NCBI GenBank assembly: GCA_002269645.1
Contig: NIVC01001868.1
Span: 62,001 to 126,000 of the forward strand
From: Macrostomum lignano
Taxonomy: Eukaryota
Reading direction: 5' to 3'
Length of the DNA stretch: 64,000 nucleotides
Positions 1 through 13,825 of this stretch are shown here, in pieces. Below the pieces are notes generated by a model, which worked only from the letters and a program-made list of their open reading frames with translations, had not been told where the DNA came from and made no database searches. The translations under genes were made by a program, and so were the position numbers. Within the stretch, counting starts at the first letter, position 1, and every line of letters begins with the position of its first letter.

Positions 1-659
1 ATTTGTTTCTTATTTATTATTGAAATTCCCGCCAAAAAATATTTATAATCGATATTTAGTACTTACTATGCTACTACTGTTACGATTTTGAACCTGCTTA
101 AGCGCGTATACTACAGACTACTACTCGTCTACAAAGATTACATTTAATTTTTCTTAATTCTGAAGTCACTTTATTTATACATTTTTTAGCCATTTTAAAT
201 ACAGCTTATATCTGCTGTAGCTGGCTGCATTCATTGTTAGCTTGCAGTTTTCATTGCGCTTTATGTGTCCTCAGATTTATAGAATGCGGACATTTTTGCT
301 TTCTACGTATTGCTGCGTCTTTCAGCAAATCCCCCCGCAAAGCGCAGTGCTTTATGACTGCGTGTATATTTAATTGTTCAAAAGAATCGATGTATCCTAC
401 TGTTAGTAGGAGTCCAATTTACTGTGGAAATTTTCAGTTAATCATATACACGCGACATGCGAATTATTCTACTTCATCACTGATTTTACAGACCGGCTTT
501 CAGTGTGCGCGCTTTTTGTATTTCCACAGCGCAGAGCAGATATTTTATAAACTTGATAGCAAATAAATTTGCAAAGATATATATATATATATTTTTCCTT
601 TGTTTTGGTATTTCTGTTATTTTTGTATCAAACTAGGTGTCAATGGATACATACATACA

Positions 660-950
<291 letters not shown>

Positions 951-1074
951 GACATGTTCGAGCTTCGCTAGATTTTCAATCACTTACATCAGCTGTTGCT
1001 TTTCATGGTCAAGCAGAAAGCATTAGCCTGCAAGCCGCCCTCTAACAGCTTCAGCTGCAGCCGTAGATAGCGCA

Positions 1075-1830
1075 ATGAATTCGCACGCCCAGCAGGCGGC
1101 GCCCTATCACGAGCGCCAGCGACTATTATTATGCGCGGTGCACGCGGCTAATAATCTTCTGCAACGGCCAGAGTTCACTCAGAGCCAGTTTGACCAGCTG
1201 TGCCAGTCTTTGTCGCCGCAACAGGTCAAGTTATTAGCTTGCTTATCGCCCTTACTGACTCAGGTTACCGTGTGCACTGCTTAGATACCTATCTATGCCT
1301 ACATGGGTCACTAACCTATGCTCATTCAATATCCTTTAATATAATATCATTATTAAAAGTACACCCGTCGCCGGGCCCGCTATCTCTCCCGACAGACCTG
1401 GCTGCTAAATCCTCATCGGAATCCCCTCGGCCTTGGCAACTACGACGCTAACGTGTTGGACGCCGCCTTGCAGAGCCGCGGCCTTCGCCTAGTCTGGTTC
1501 GACCGGCGCAAACCGGTCGCCTGCCTGCTGCCCGACAGAATCGAAGGCTTCCTAATCAATTACCAATCGGCTGCCTGCTCCGTGCTGCCGATAATCCGCT
1601 CCCGCCATTGGGTGGCGCTCCGGCGCTGCGGCCCGAACAATGAGTATCATAATCTGGATTCCAAAATGGCCGAGCCCAGCCTCATTGGTTCAGGACAGCC
1701 TGCCGATCTGCTGCACTATCTGCAGGCCAGGCTGGATGCCGACGCCAGTCTGCAGATTCTCCCGGTTGTACTGCCCGAGGTGGCCGACTCTGGCGACTGG
1801 CAGCTGGCGCAACCGGCGTCTGATGAATGA
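1075..1830 (+). CDS. JOSD: Josephin-domain deubiquitinase (JOSD1/2-like), 2 exons, 194 aa
   Basis: Exons 1075-1224 and 1396-1830 (CAG|gtcaag ... cgacag|ACC, phase 0). Motifs YHERQ..LCAVHA.NN (catalytic Cys), NPHR.PLGLGNYD.NV, RHWVALR (His) and YHNLDSK match the Josephin family. Confidence 0.95.
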
Positions 1831-1939
1831 TAGAGGTTGATTAATTAATTTATATGCGATGTTTACCTCTTGCTGCTCTCTACTACATAGCTAAGGATCA
1901 GTGGTATGGCCAGTATTTTCCTTAATATTTCCTTAAGTA

Positions 1940-2405
1940 GATTGTAAAAATATTGTTGAGTAGATTGTAGAGATTGTTGAATAGATTGTACGGAGATTGT
2001 TGAGTAGATTGTACGGAGATTGTTGAGTAGATTGTACGGAGATTGTTGAATAGATTGTACGGAGATTGTTGAGTAGATTGCAGGTAAGATTGTTGAGTAG
2101 ATTGTAGAGATTGTTGAATAGATTGTACGGAGATTGTTGAGTAGATTGTACGGAGATTGTTGAGTAGATTGTACGGAGATTGTTGAATAGATTGTACGGA
2201 GATTGTTGAGTAGATTGCAGGTAGATTGTTGAGTAGATTGCAGGTAGATTGTTGAATAGATTGTACGGAGATTGTTGAGTAGATTGTAGGGAGATTGTTG
2301 AGTAGATTGTAGGGATATTGTTGAGTAGATTGTAGGGATATTGTTGAGTAGATTGTAGCGAAGATTGTTGAGTAGATTGCAGGTAAGATTGTTGAGTAGA
2401 TTGTG
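1940..2405. repeat. 23-bp minisatellite (AGATTGTTGAGTAGATTGTACGG), ~20 copies
   Basis: Tandem array read directly from the sequence, starting ~110 bp after the JOSD stop. Confidence 0.95.
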
Positions 2406-2441
2406 AAGGGTTTAAATAAGCTGTCAATCATCTTTGTAATA

Positions 2442-2892
2442 CGCATTAGGCGCACGTTTGGGAATCTGGCAGCGGAGGCAGATTGAGGCGGGAGCGCGAT
2501 TAATGTACCTAATGAGCTAATGGGAGCTAGATGAAGGTACCTAATGAGCCAATGGGAGCTAGATTAGTGTACTTAACTAGCTAATGGAGGTCATTTCAGC
2601 TAGATTAGTGTACCTACATGTAACTAGCTAATGGGGGTCATTTCAGTTTGATTAGTGTACCTAACTAGCTAATGGGGGTCATTTCAGCTAGATTAGTTTA
2701 CCTAACTAGCTAATGGGGGTCATTTCAGCTAGATTAGTATACCTAACTAGCTAATGGGGGTCATTTCAGCTAGATTAGTGTACCTAACTAGCCAATGGGG
2801 TCATTTCAGCTAGATTAGTGTACCTAACTAGCCAATGGGGTCATTTCAGCTAGATTAGTGTACCTAACTAGCTAATGGGGGTCATTTCAGCT
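2442..2892 (-). repeat. Inverted copy of the 3' end of XYLT intron 1 (40-bp array, acceptor and 24 nt of exon 2)
   Basis: 2442-2560 is the reverse complement of ~6230-6346 (..ctgccag|attcccaaacgtgcgcctaatgcg), followed by ~8 reverse-complement 40/41-bp units. Confidence 0.93.
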
Positions 2893-3454
2893 GAATTCAA
2901 ACTCTTGGAAAAATGTGATGGCAGATGAGCTCAAGCTTTGTCTACCTCAGATGCATGAGATAGCCAATTAGTTCTGTTAACTAATAATTCAATAGTTTAT
3001 GCCTAATTTTCATTTATCAACTGCTCGCACGCATGCTTCTGTGCTTATGTCTTTCTTATAACATACCGTGTTCTCGTGCGCCGAATTAAATTCCTTTTTC
3101 GGATAGTGTAACTTTATTGCCGCATCATTGCATCTTCCAGTGCTTATCTTAATCCTAAATGTGTTAAATAAATTTTTTAACTGTAATTAAGTTTTGAGTC
3201 AGCAGATTGTGTAATTTGTACTTTTATCTCAACTACGCAGCTATAAAAATAGAACAAGATAGACTCAAATGTTTATTAATTACCCCTTTGCTAGTAATTC
3301 AGTTAGGACTTTTAGAATTCGAGTTATCTTTAGTCTAGAATCGCAAGATTAACCCCATTAAAAATCGCCCCTGATCCCTATGAAAATTGCCTCTGACCTC
3401 CGCTGGAATCGCCACTGATCGCTCAAAAATCGGTTAATCTATGTTAATAATCAC

Positions 3455-4290
3455 CTCTAAATGATAAAATCGCCCCTAAATCACCTAGAATCGCCTCTAA
3501 ATCATTGATAATCGCCCTTAAATCATCGAGAATCGCCCCTAGATCCTCAAGAATCGCTCCTAAGTAAAAAATCGCCCTTAGATCCTCAAGAATCGCCCTT
3601 AAATCATCAAGAATCGCTCCTAAATAAAAAATCGCCCTTAGATCCTCAAAAATCGCCCCTAAATCATCAAGAATCACCCCTAGGTCATCAAGAATCGCCC
3701 TTAAATAACCGAGAATCGCCCCTAGGTCGTCAGGAATCGCCCCTAAATCATCAAGAATCGCCCTTAAATCACCGAGAATCGCCCCTAGGTCGTCAGGAAT
3801 CGCCCCTAGATCATCAAGTATCGCCCCTAGGTCGTCAAGAATCGCCCCTAGATCATCAAGAATCGCCCCTAGGTCATCAAGAATCGCCCTTAAATCACCG
3901 AGAATCGCCCCTAGGTCGTCAGGAATCGCCCCTAGATCATCAAGTATCGCCCCTAGGTCGTCAAGAATCGCCCCTAGATCATCAAGAATCGCCCCTAGGT
4001 CATCAAGAATCGCCCTTAAATCACCGAGAATCGCCCCTAGGTCGTCAGGAATCGCCCCTAAATCATCAAGAATCGCCCTTAAATCACCGAGAATCGCCCC
4101 TAGGTCGTCAGGAATCGCCCCTAGATCATCAAGTATCGCCCCTAGGTCGTCAAGAATCGCCCCTAGATCATCAAGAATCGCCCCTAGGTCATCAAGAATC
4201 GCCCTTAAATCACCGAGAATCGCCCCTAGGTCGTCAGGGATCGCCCCTAGATCATCAAGAATCGCCCCTAGATCGTCAAGAATCGCTCCT
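3455..4290. repeat. 21-bp minisatellite (AATCGCCCCTAGATCATCAAG) with 126-bp higher-order structure
   Basis: Six 21-mer variants recur in the same order about 4 times between ~3760 and 4260. Confidence 0.92.
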
Positions 4291-4415
4291 AGCCTTCTAT
4301 GAACTCATCAAATTGTTATAATATCTCTAACAATCAATAAACAGTCTCAGATTCATTTGCTGCATCTCATGGCACGCTCAATGATCTAATTTAATGCCTG
4401 CTCGCTGCTTGAACT

Positions 4416-7400
4416 ATGAGCGGCTCAAAACGCAGGCATCTTGGCCTACTATTAGTAGCAGCACTAGCGTCTGTCGTCTGTCTCTGCTTACTCGGCCATT
4501 TAAACTGGTTATTTAATTCGGACAGAGCCGCCGGACAGCCGCTGGCCGAATGGGAGCGCCTGCCGGATGGACCGGAGTCGCCAGACGATGGCTGCAGGCT
4601 CCGCTCCGAGCGGGCGCGCTATGCCGTTGACAGGGCAGCTCAGCCCGAGTGCCGGCGTCGGCTGCTGCGCGTCGCTTGCGCCTTCGAGTCTGGCCGGCTG
4701 CCATACCGGCTGCGGCATGTCGGACAGGCCTGTCCGGCTAGACTACTGTCCGGCTCTGGCCCGGCCACTTCCTGTCACAGCCTGCTACAGTCGGACAGTT
4801 GTCCGTATCCGCGCGAAGTGATTCCGTCGGCCAGTTGGACGAACAATATGCCGGCAGAGAGCCGGCGAGGCGAATGCTTGGCCAGATGTCGCTCGGCCGG
4901 CTATCGGCTGGCTAGCATTAGCAACCGGGACTGCGTCTGTCTTCAGTTGCTAGGCAACGGTTGCAGCCGACCTGCTATTGGCTATAATTGCACAGGTGCT
5001 TCGATTAGAGATGGTTACTATCTGGTTAGCCAAACCGGGCTCAATGCTAGCTCTTTGTTTGTGTCTCATACCGCACCTGCCTACGGTCCCGAGTTCGAAT
5101 CCTATAGCTGGGAGAACGATCGAGTTCGATTAGTCTACCTGATGACGCTCAGCGGTAGAGGTGTGCGACAGGTAATGCGGCTGTTATCGGCTGTGTACTA
5201 TGTTAATCATTATTACTATATACATGTGGACTCTAGAGACGATTTCCTGTACGAGTCGCTGATGCCGCTGGTAGCCAGGTGAGCACTATTTGATTGATCT
5301 TAGGGTTCTAGGTAGGTAGGTAATAAGGTATCATCGGAACCTACCTACCCCAGTAGCTCATTAGGTACATTAATTTACGAGCTCCCATGACCCCATTGGC
5401 TAGTTAGGTACACTAATCTAGCTGAAATGACCCCCATTAGCTAGTTAGGTACACTAATCTAGCTGAAATGACCCCATTAGCTAGTTAGGTACACTAATCT
5501 AGCTGAAATGACCCCATTGGCTAGTTAGGTACACTAATCTAGCTGAAATGACCCCATTGGCTAGTTAGGTACACTAATCTAGCTGAAATGACCCCATTGG
5601 CTAGTTAGGTACACTAATCTAGCTGAAATGACCCCATTAGCTAGTTAGGTACACTAATCTAGCTGAAATGACCCCATTAGCTAGTTAAGTACACTAATCT
5701 AGCTGAAATGACCCCCATTAGCTAGTTAGGTACACTAATCTAGCTGAAATGACCCCATTAGCTAGTTAGGTACACTAATCTAGCTGAAATGACCCCATTA
5801 GCTAGTTAAGTACACTAATCTAGCTGAAATGACCCCCATTAGCTAGTTAGGTACACTAATCTAGCTGAAATGACCCCCATTAGCTAGTTAGGTACACTAA
5901 TCTAGCTGAAATGACCCCATTAGCTAGTTAAGTACACTAATCTAGCTGAAATGACCCCCATTAGCTAGTTAGGTACACTAATCTAGCTGAAATGACCCCA
6001 TTAGCTAGTTAAGTACACTAATCTAGCTGAAATGACCCCATTAGCTAGTTAAGTACACTAATCTAGCTGAAATGACCCCCATTAGCTAGTTAGGTACACT
6101 AATCTAGCTGAAATGACCCCATTAGCTAGTTAAGTACACTAATCTAGCTGAAATGACCCCCATTAGCTAGTTAAGTACACTAATCTAGCTGAAATGACCC
6201 CCATTAGCTAGTTAGGTACACTAATCTAGCTCTCATTGGCTCATTAGGTACCTTCATCTAGCTCCCATTAGCTCATTAGGTACATTAATCGCGCTCCCGC
6301 CTCAATCTGCCTCCGCTGCCAGATTCCCAAACGTGCGCCTAATGCGCCGCCGCTTCCCCACCATCTGGGGCGGCACAGGCCTCCTGGATCTGATGCTGGC
6401 AGCATTTCGCGACCTGCTCAACTGCACCGATTGGCACTGGGATTTCGTAATCAACCTGAGCGAGTCGGATTTCCCTATTAGGCCGGATCGGCAGTTGACC
6501 GCCTACCTGACCGAGATGAGGCATCTCAGCTTCTTGGCCTCGCACTCAGGAAACTACAGCGATTTCATGCGCAAGCAAGCTATTGAGCGCTACTTTGTAC
6601 AGTGCGACAATCATATGTACTTTCTGGGCAGCCGGCAGCCAATAGAAGGCCTGCTGTTCGACGGCGGCTCTGATTGGCTGACGTTAAATAGAGAATTTGT
6701 ACAGTTTGTTATCAGCGGACTGGATAATAACCACACTATTGTGACCAATATTGTGGAGTATTTTAAATACGGCCTGCTACCAGGTTTGTAAAACTGTTTC
6801 TGTTATCAATCTCTTTGTGCGATGTTTTGTATTTATAGTATTCTGAAGTTGCTGGGATAAATCCTCTGATCCTTTAAAGGCCCCAACTTATAGGGGTAAA
6901 TATCCCTAAGTACCTGTGTTTCAGGACAGAAAAATTCTAAAGTTAGGGATCGAAATCCCAAATCCTAGAATTTTTTAACTGAAAAATCCTCACTTAGTTT
7001 GAGATCCCAAATCCCGGGATTTTAGTGCCGAAATCCCCAATCAGTTTGAGATCCCAAATCCAGGGATTTTAGAGCCGAAATCCCCTCCCAGTTTGAGATC
7101 CCAAATCCAGGGATTTTAGAGCTAAAATCCTCACCCAGTTTGAGATCCCAATTCCAGGGATTTTAGAACCGAAACCCTCACATGTATATGAGTAGTCGAG
7201 ATCCCATGTCCCGGTATCTTCAAATCGAAATCCCATTCTGCGATCCCTAAGGGCCTGTATTTCATAACCAAAATCCTTGGATTTGGGATCAAGATCCTCA
7301 AGTTCCAGCAGTACAGCAGCACGGCCCAACCAATCCAAACCCGCAGTGGAGTCTGTGTTCCACACCATCGCCCAGAACACTGAGCTATGCGGCCGGGTTG

Positions 7401-9785
7401 CCAACGCCAACCTCCGCTTGGTTAATTGGGACCGGAAGCGCGGCTGCCGGTGCCAGCACCTGCCGGTGGCTGACTGGTGCGGCTGCAGTCCCATGGTCTA
7501 CCGGGGCGCCGAGGCTGCCGCCTACGCCAGCAGCAGCGGCAGCGGTGGTCACGGCGCTTTCTTTGCCAGAAAATTCGACCCAACAATCAGCGTGTCGGCT
7601 GTCGATGCCGCCTACGCCGAATTGATGAAGCAGCGGCACGGTGGAGCCGCTGGCCGGGAAATGCGCGCCAAGCTCGGCCGGCCGCGCTACTGGCTCAGCG
7701 CGTTCACAGCTGGGGCGCCAGGCCTGACGCCGGTGCAGAGCGCCTTTGGCCGACTGTTGACTCGGCTGCTTTGCGCCGAACTGCTGTCCGGCACGTGTCC
7801 GGCTGGCTTCGATCCCGACAGTGTGCGCGCTGTTGAAGTGACCGAGTTCTACCTGGAGGACGCGTTTCAGGGTCCCTTGCTGACCGCCTCGATTGGCGGC
7901 GGTGTCGGCGGCGGCGGCGGCACCAACGCGGCGATGCTGCTAGACGCGCACTTCAGCCTGCGGTCTGGCATCGGGTCCGGCCAAGCTGTCCGGATTGTCC
8001 ACCCCAAGCAGCAACCGCATGGCAACGCGTCATCTTCGACGTCGGCCTACCAGTCTGTGATTGCCGCCAGGTTTATGGAGTTCGAGGTGAATTGCAGCGA
8101 ATGCCCGATGAAAATGCTTCCTAGGTCAAGAAGCGTCCCAGAGTCACTTGCGTCACCGCAGAGTCGTTAGAAGAGACCCAAGATGACTCTAAAACGGAGA
8201 GTTCACTGTTACAAATTGCCAAAAACTTGTCAAAGTGTCGCCTAAAAGTCTCATTTTGAGGCGTTGTATTGTCTGAAACTATATAACAACTCTGGGGGGC
8301 CTCTATAATGACCCTGGGGCCGTAGAGGCGTATCTGAGGCGTGCCAGAGCCGCTGTAGAATCACTGAGTTGCGTCTAAAGCGCATCTGCATCACTTATGA
8401 ATTAGAGTCTCATTTCGCATTTATAACAACTCTATTTAGTCTACTTATGTTAGTAGAAAGTTAAGCGCCAACACAACGGCTCTTGAACGACTTCTTTCGC
8501 GACTCTTTAATTACGACTCTGCAACTCACGCGATGCGCTCGTGACTCAACAGTCGCCTCTCCGTCGCATTGCAGTCGTTTGAGTCGTTAAAAAGCCACAA
8601 GAGTCGCCCCAAGAGTCGCTAGAGTCACTGAGTGAGTTGTTTGCAATCACTCTTTAGCGATTCTTGTCTCGGTGACGTTTTAATAGACCGTATGAATATA
8701 GTGAGTGACCAGCTACTCGAAAGGCATTCTTTAGTTGGAGCAAGTTCTCAACCAGAGACCAAAATAGTTTTTGCTGTAAAGCTTGGGGGAATGCTCACAA
8801 TAAACTTCTCTGTTTATTGATGCAGACCATGCAGTGAATCTTTAAGACTTATTGTTCCTGGTGCAAAATGGTTGCTAACCATTCTAAATGCGCTTAATTG
8901 AACTGTTGAGCATCCTTGATCGGTTTTCGAAACACCTGTCTTCAGTTTGCATAGACCACAATATCTTGGCCTCTATTCACATTCGTAATCTATTGTAGTT
9001 TTAGTTCTTTTGAGGGAAAATTGGCCTTCAAAACTTGTCTTAAGTCTCGCATAATTCTTATTCGACAGGTTGGCCGCCAATATGATTGGAAAGAGGACCT
9101 CTTCCGGGACCGCTTGTCCCTGCTGGCCGCCGGCCGGGCCGCCGACTCCGGCCTGCAGCTGCGCTACGCCTGGGGCCCGGGGCCGGCCGTGACGGCCACC
9201 TTCCTGCTGCTGGACCCGGACGGCGCTATCCGATCGGCTTTCCAGCTCAGCGTCCCGGAACTGCTACTGGCTGAGGATTCAACAGCCAAGGAGGTCGGCT
9301 GCACCGATCTGCAGGCACCCGGCAGTCTGGAGCCCGGCGTCTGGCGCCTGCTGCTTCTTGATGAACAGCAGCCGCTTTCGGTCGGATCCGCCGTAGCTGA
9401 GTCCGAGTTCATCCTGTTGCCAACCGGTTCCGATGCCCATAGCAACCAGCTAGTGAAGCCGGATCCTAATTCGCCACAATACCTGGCCCTGTTCAAAGCC
9501 GTACCCGCCGCGTCCATTGCTCAGCTTCGATTAGCTAATAGAAATCCGGCCGAATCCGCCGCGGCCAATCCGGACATCCGGCTGGCTGTCCGGCTGCTGT
9601 CCAGGCGCTACAGATTGGAGACCGTCTGCCGCCACTCGGACAGTGCGGCCGCCTCTTCAGCCGCTTGTCCGGGCATTGTTGGCCTGACTGATTCGTGCTC
9701 TGGTTCGGACTGGAGCACCCGGTATGCGGATCAGCGGTACCGCCTGGGCGGCCTCGACCCGCTCACCGGCCACCTGCGGAATTAG
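4416..9785 (+). CDS. XYLT: Protein O-xylosyltransferase (XYLT1/2, oxt-like), 4 exons, 926 aa
   Basis: Exons 4416-5278, 6323-6783, 7347-8086 and 9069-9785 with consistent phases. N-terminal signal anchor, WSC-like Cys region, and motifs YYYIHVDSR, TIWGG..LL, WDFVINLSESDFP, DGGSDW, ESVFHT, WDRKRGCRCQ...DWCGCSP, FFARKFD, EVGRQYDWKE.LFR. Confidence 0.96.
5385..6235. repeat. 40/41-bp minisatellite filling XYLT intron 1 (AGTTAGGTACACTAATCTAGCTGAAATGACCCCATTAGCT)
   Basis: About 21 tandem copies read directly from the sequence. Confidence 0.96.
6945..7290. repeat. Degenerate repeat (AGTTTGAGATCCCAAATCC.GGGATTTT) in XYLT intron 2
   Basis: Several diverged copies of a GAGATCCCAAATCC core. Confidence 0.7.
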
Positions 9786-9799
9786 GGAGTGCTGCTGTA

Positions 9800-10108
9800 T
9801 GTCTGCTGTTTCCCTGGTGGTCCTTTGGTAGCCTGTCTGCCTGCTGTTTCCCTGGTGGTCCTTTGGTAGCCTGTCTGCCTGCTGTTTCCCTGGTGGTCCT
9901 TTGGTAGCCTGTCTGCCTGCTGTTTCCCTGGTGGTCCTTTGGTAGCCTGTCTGCCTGCTGTTTCCCTGGTGGTCCTTTGGTAGCCTGTCTGCCTGCTGTT
10001 TCCCTGGTGGTCCTTTGGTAGCCTGTCTGCCTGCTGTTTCCCTGGTGGTCCTTTGGTAGCCTGTCTGCCTGCTGTTTCCCTGGTGGTCCTTTGGTAGCCT
10101 GTCTGCCT
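9800..10108. repeat. 38-bp minisatellite just after the XYLT stop, ~8 copies
   Basis: Unit CTGCTGTTTCCCTGGTGGTCCTTTGGTAGCCTGTCTGC. Confidence 0.96.
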
Positions 10109-10607
10109 GATGATAATCGGATAAATGAAGTCATTACTTTGTATTTGCATTTCATACTACTTAAATACGAAAGAAATGATGCGCAGCAGTAGTAGCATAA
10201 GTTCATGCTATGATTTTTTATTTCAAGTTGACATCTGTTATGCTCTTTTTGTTAATAATAATATTCAATCTGCGAGCTATAGATTGTTTTCAAAGCATTC
10301 AAAGGTGTTTAGTATTACTAATTGATTGACATTTTTGTGCCTGCGTTGTTCCCATCGGATCTGTTCAACTTGTTTGCCTTATTCTGTTAGGGCTTTGTGT
10401 TTAGCTTTTTACGTATAATTTGAATTTTACGCTTTTAAACTACGACGTACATAATCCTTTTATGTTTGTTTGCCATTTTGGTAACCAACCCATCCCCAGT
10501 TTGTTGGTGTAAAACTTTTTATGAGTACTAAACAGGATTAAAGTGAAAATGGTTTGTATTCAGTTGTATTGACTTCTTTGCTTTCTCATTTGTTTTTAGA
10601 CCCTGTA

Positions 10608-10832
10608 TCGACACTGCATAGACACTGCATAGACACTGTATAGACAATGCATAGACACTGCATAGACACTGCATAGACACTGTATAGACACTGTATAGAC
10701 ACTGCATAGACACTGCATAGACACTGCATAGACACTGTATAGACACTGCATAGACACTGCATAGACACTGCATAGACACTGTATAGACACTGCATAGACA
10801 CTGCATAGACACTGTACAGCCACTGTATAGAC
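10608..10832. repeat. 11-bp minisatellite (GACACTGCATA), ~20 copies, upstream of TAF2
   Basis: Tandem array read directly from the sequence. Confidence 0.95.
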
Positions 10833-10899
10833 ACAGTTCCTGGCACTGTACAGCCATCTCAGCCGTCTGCCCACTCCAGCGGGTGCGCTGCTCTCCAAG

Positions 10900-13784
10900 A
10901 TGCAGAGCACCCGGCCCTACAACCTGTGCCAGCAGACTGTGTGCATCAAGTCCATCAGCTTCCGCACGAAGTCTATAGTGGGCTACACAGAGCTGCTGTT
11001 GCAGCCGCTTACTCCGCAGCTTCGTAAGGTGAAGCTCAACTGCAAGCAGTGCACAGTGTACTCCATCTGGCTAGAGACACTGCCTGATTCCAGGGGTCAT
11101 CAGCAGACCGCTATGGAGGCCTCGTTTGCTTTCAACGATCCGACAATGGAGATCTGTCGGGCAGAGATGAAGCAGAGGAATCTGGCTTTCTTTGAGCAGC
11201 GACACGAGCTGGCTGTTGGTTCTGTTGATCCTGATTCTAATAATGGCGAGATTCTCGTGCCCCTGCCTCAGGACCTGTGGCCTGCCGTTTCTCAGGTGAG
11301 ACCTGTCACTGACACTGCTATTCCTGGCACTGACACTGCTATTCCTGGCACTGACACTGCTACTCCTGGCACTGACACTGCTATTCCTGGCACTGACACT
11401 GCTATTCCTGACACTGACACTGCTATTCCTAACCCTGACACTGCCATTCCTATCCCTGACAGTGCCATTCCTATTCCTGACACTGCCATTCCTATCCCTG
11501 ACGGTGCCATTCCTATCCCTGACGGTGCCATTCCTATCCCTGATGGTGCCATTCCTATCCCTGATGGTGCCATTCCTATCCCTGACGGTGCCATTCCTAT
11601 CCCTGATGGTGCCATTCCTATCCCTGACGGTGCCATTCCTATCCCTGACGGTGCCATTCCTATCCCTGATGGTGCCATTCCTATCCCTGACGGTGCCATT
11701 CCTATCCCTGACAGTGCCATTCCTATCCCTGGCAGTGCCATTCCTATGCCTGACAGTGCCATTCCTATCCCTGGCAGTGCCATTCCTATCCCTGGCAGTG
11801 CCATTCCTATGCCTGACAGTGCCATTCCTATCCCTGACAGTGCCATTCCTATCCCTGGCAGTGCCATTCCTATGCCTGACAGTGCCATTCCTATCCCTGA
11901 CAGTGCCATTCCTATGCCTGACAGTGCCATTCCTATCCCTGGCAGTGCCATTCCTATCCCTGGCAGTGCCATTTCTATGCCTGACAGTGCCATTCCTATC
12001 CCTGACAGTGCCATTCCTATCCCTGGCAGTGCCATTCCTATGCCTGACAGTGCCATTCCTATCCCTGACAGTGCCATTCCTATGCCTGACAGTGCCATTC
12101 CTATCCCTGACAGTGCCATTCCTATCCCTGACAGTGCCATTCCTATCCCTGGCAGTGCCATTCCTATGCCTGACAGTGCCATTCCTATCCCTGGCAGTGC
12201 CATTCCTATGCCTGACAGTGCCATTCCTATCCCTGATGGTGCCATTCCTATCCCTGACGGTGCCATTCCTATCCCTGACAGTGCCATTCCTATCCCTGGC
12301 AGTGCCATTCCTATGCCTGACAGTGCCATTCCTATCCCTGGCAGTGCCATTCCTATCCCTGGCAGTGCCATTCCTATGCCTGACAGTGCCATTCCTATCC
12401 CTGACGGTGCCATTCCTATCCCTGGCAGTGCCATTCCTATGCCTGACAGTGCCATTCCTATCCCTGACAGTGCCATTCCTATGCCTGACAGTGCCATTCC
12501 TATCCCTGGCAGTGCCATTCCTATGCCTGACAGTGCCATTCCTATCCCTGGCAGTGCCATTCCTATGCCTGACAGTGCCATTCCTATCCCTGACAGTGCC
12601 ATTCCTATCCCTGGCAGTGCCATTCCTATCCCTGGCAGTGCCATTCCTATGCCTGACAGTGCCATTCCTATCCCTGACAGTGCCATTCCTATCCCTGGCA
12701 GTGCCATTCCTATCCCTGGCAGTGCCATTCCTATGCCTGACAGTGCCATTCCTATCCCTGACAGTGCCATTCCTATCCCTGGCAGTGCCATTCCTATCCC
12801 TGACAGTGCCATTCCTATGCCTGACAGTGCCATTCCTATCCCTGACAGTGCCATTCCTATCCCTGGCAGTGCCATTCCTATGCCTGACAGTGCCATTCCT
12901 ATCCCTGACAGTGCCATTCCTATGCCTGACAGTGCCATTCCTATCCCTGGCAGTGCCATTCCTATCCCTGACGGTGCCATTCCTATCCCTGATACTGCCA
13001 TTCCTAAGCCTGGCAGTGCAGTCTGGCATTGCAAGCGTTAACAAGCGTTAGCTGTATCCTCCCCATTCTGTCCGCAGGGCCGCCAGCTGCGCATCACAGT
13101 GGAATTCTCTCTGCAGCAGCCGCAAGCCGGCCTGTACTTCTGCTCGCCTCTGGGCGAAGATGGCGAAGTTGACATGCGCAGCGCCCACTGCTTCACCTCG
13201 GCTACGGGCAACTCAACCCGGCTCTGGCTGCCCTGCATTGACTCCTGCAGCGAGCTGTGCCAGTGGCGCCTCGAGATCACCGTGCCCGAGGACATGGTCG
13301 CCGTGGCGCCCGGCGACCTACTCGAGACCGTCTACACCCAGGACCTGCAATCCAAGACTTATCGTTACTTTCTGGCCCAGCCAACCTGCGCGCCAAATAT
13401 CGGCTTCGCTATTGGCGCCTTCGAATTGGAGACTGGGCCGCCTCTGTCCGGCGCTACCGCCTCTTATTTTTGTCCGCCTCCGCTTGTCTCTCTGATGAAG
13501 CATACAGTCTCCCGGCTGCCTGACTGTCTGGCATTCTACGAGTCTCTGCTGGGAGTCCGGCTGCCCTATGGCTCGCTTAAACTGGTGTTTGTTGACCAAG
13601 CCTACGAGACTGTGCAGTCCTATGCCTCCGTGATCCTCGCCTCTGTCAGCCTGCTGCACTTGGCCCGCATTGTCGACCAGGCCATCGAGTCCCGGCGGGC
13701 GCTGGCACTGGCGCTGGCGCAGCAGTTTTTTGGTGGGTTCGCTGAGACAGGAAGACAGACAGACAGACAGACAGACAGAGAGAC

Positions 13785-13825
<41 letters not shown>

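Noticed and set aside
11071-13051. Long RDRNGT, GIGMAL and VPFLSL repeat ORFs
   Set aside because: By-products of a stop-free 21-mer inside a TAF2 intron whose flanking exons join in frame with conserved sequence.
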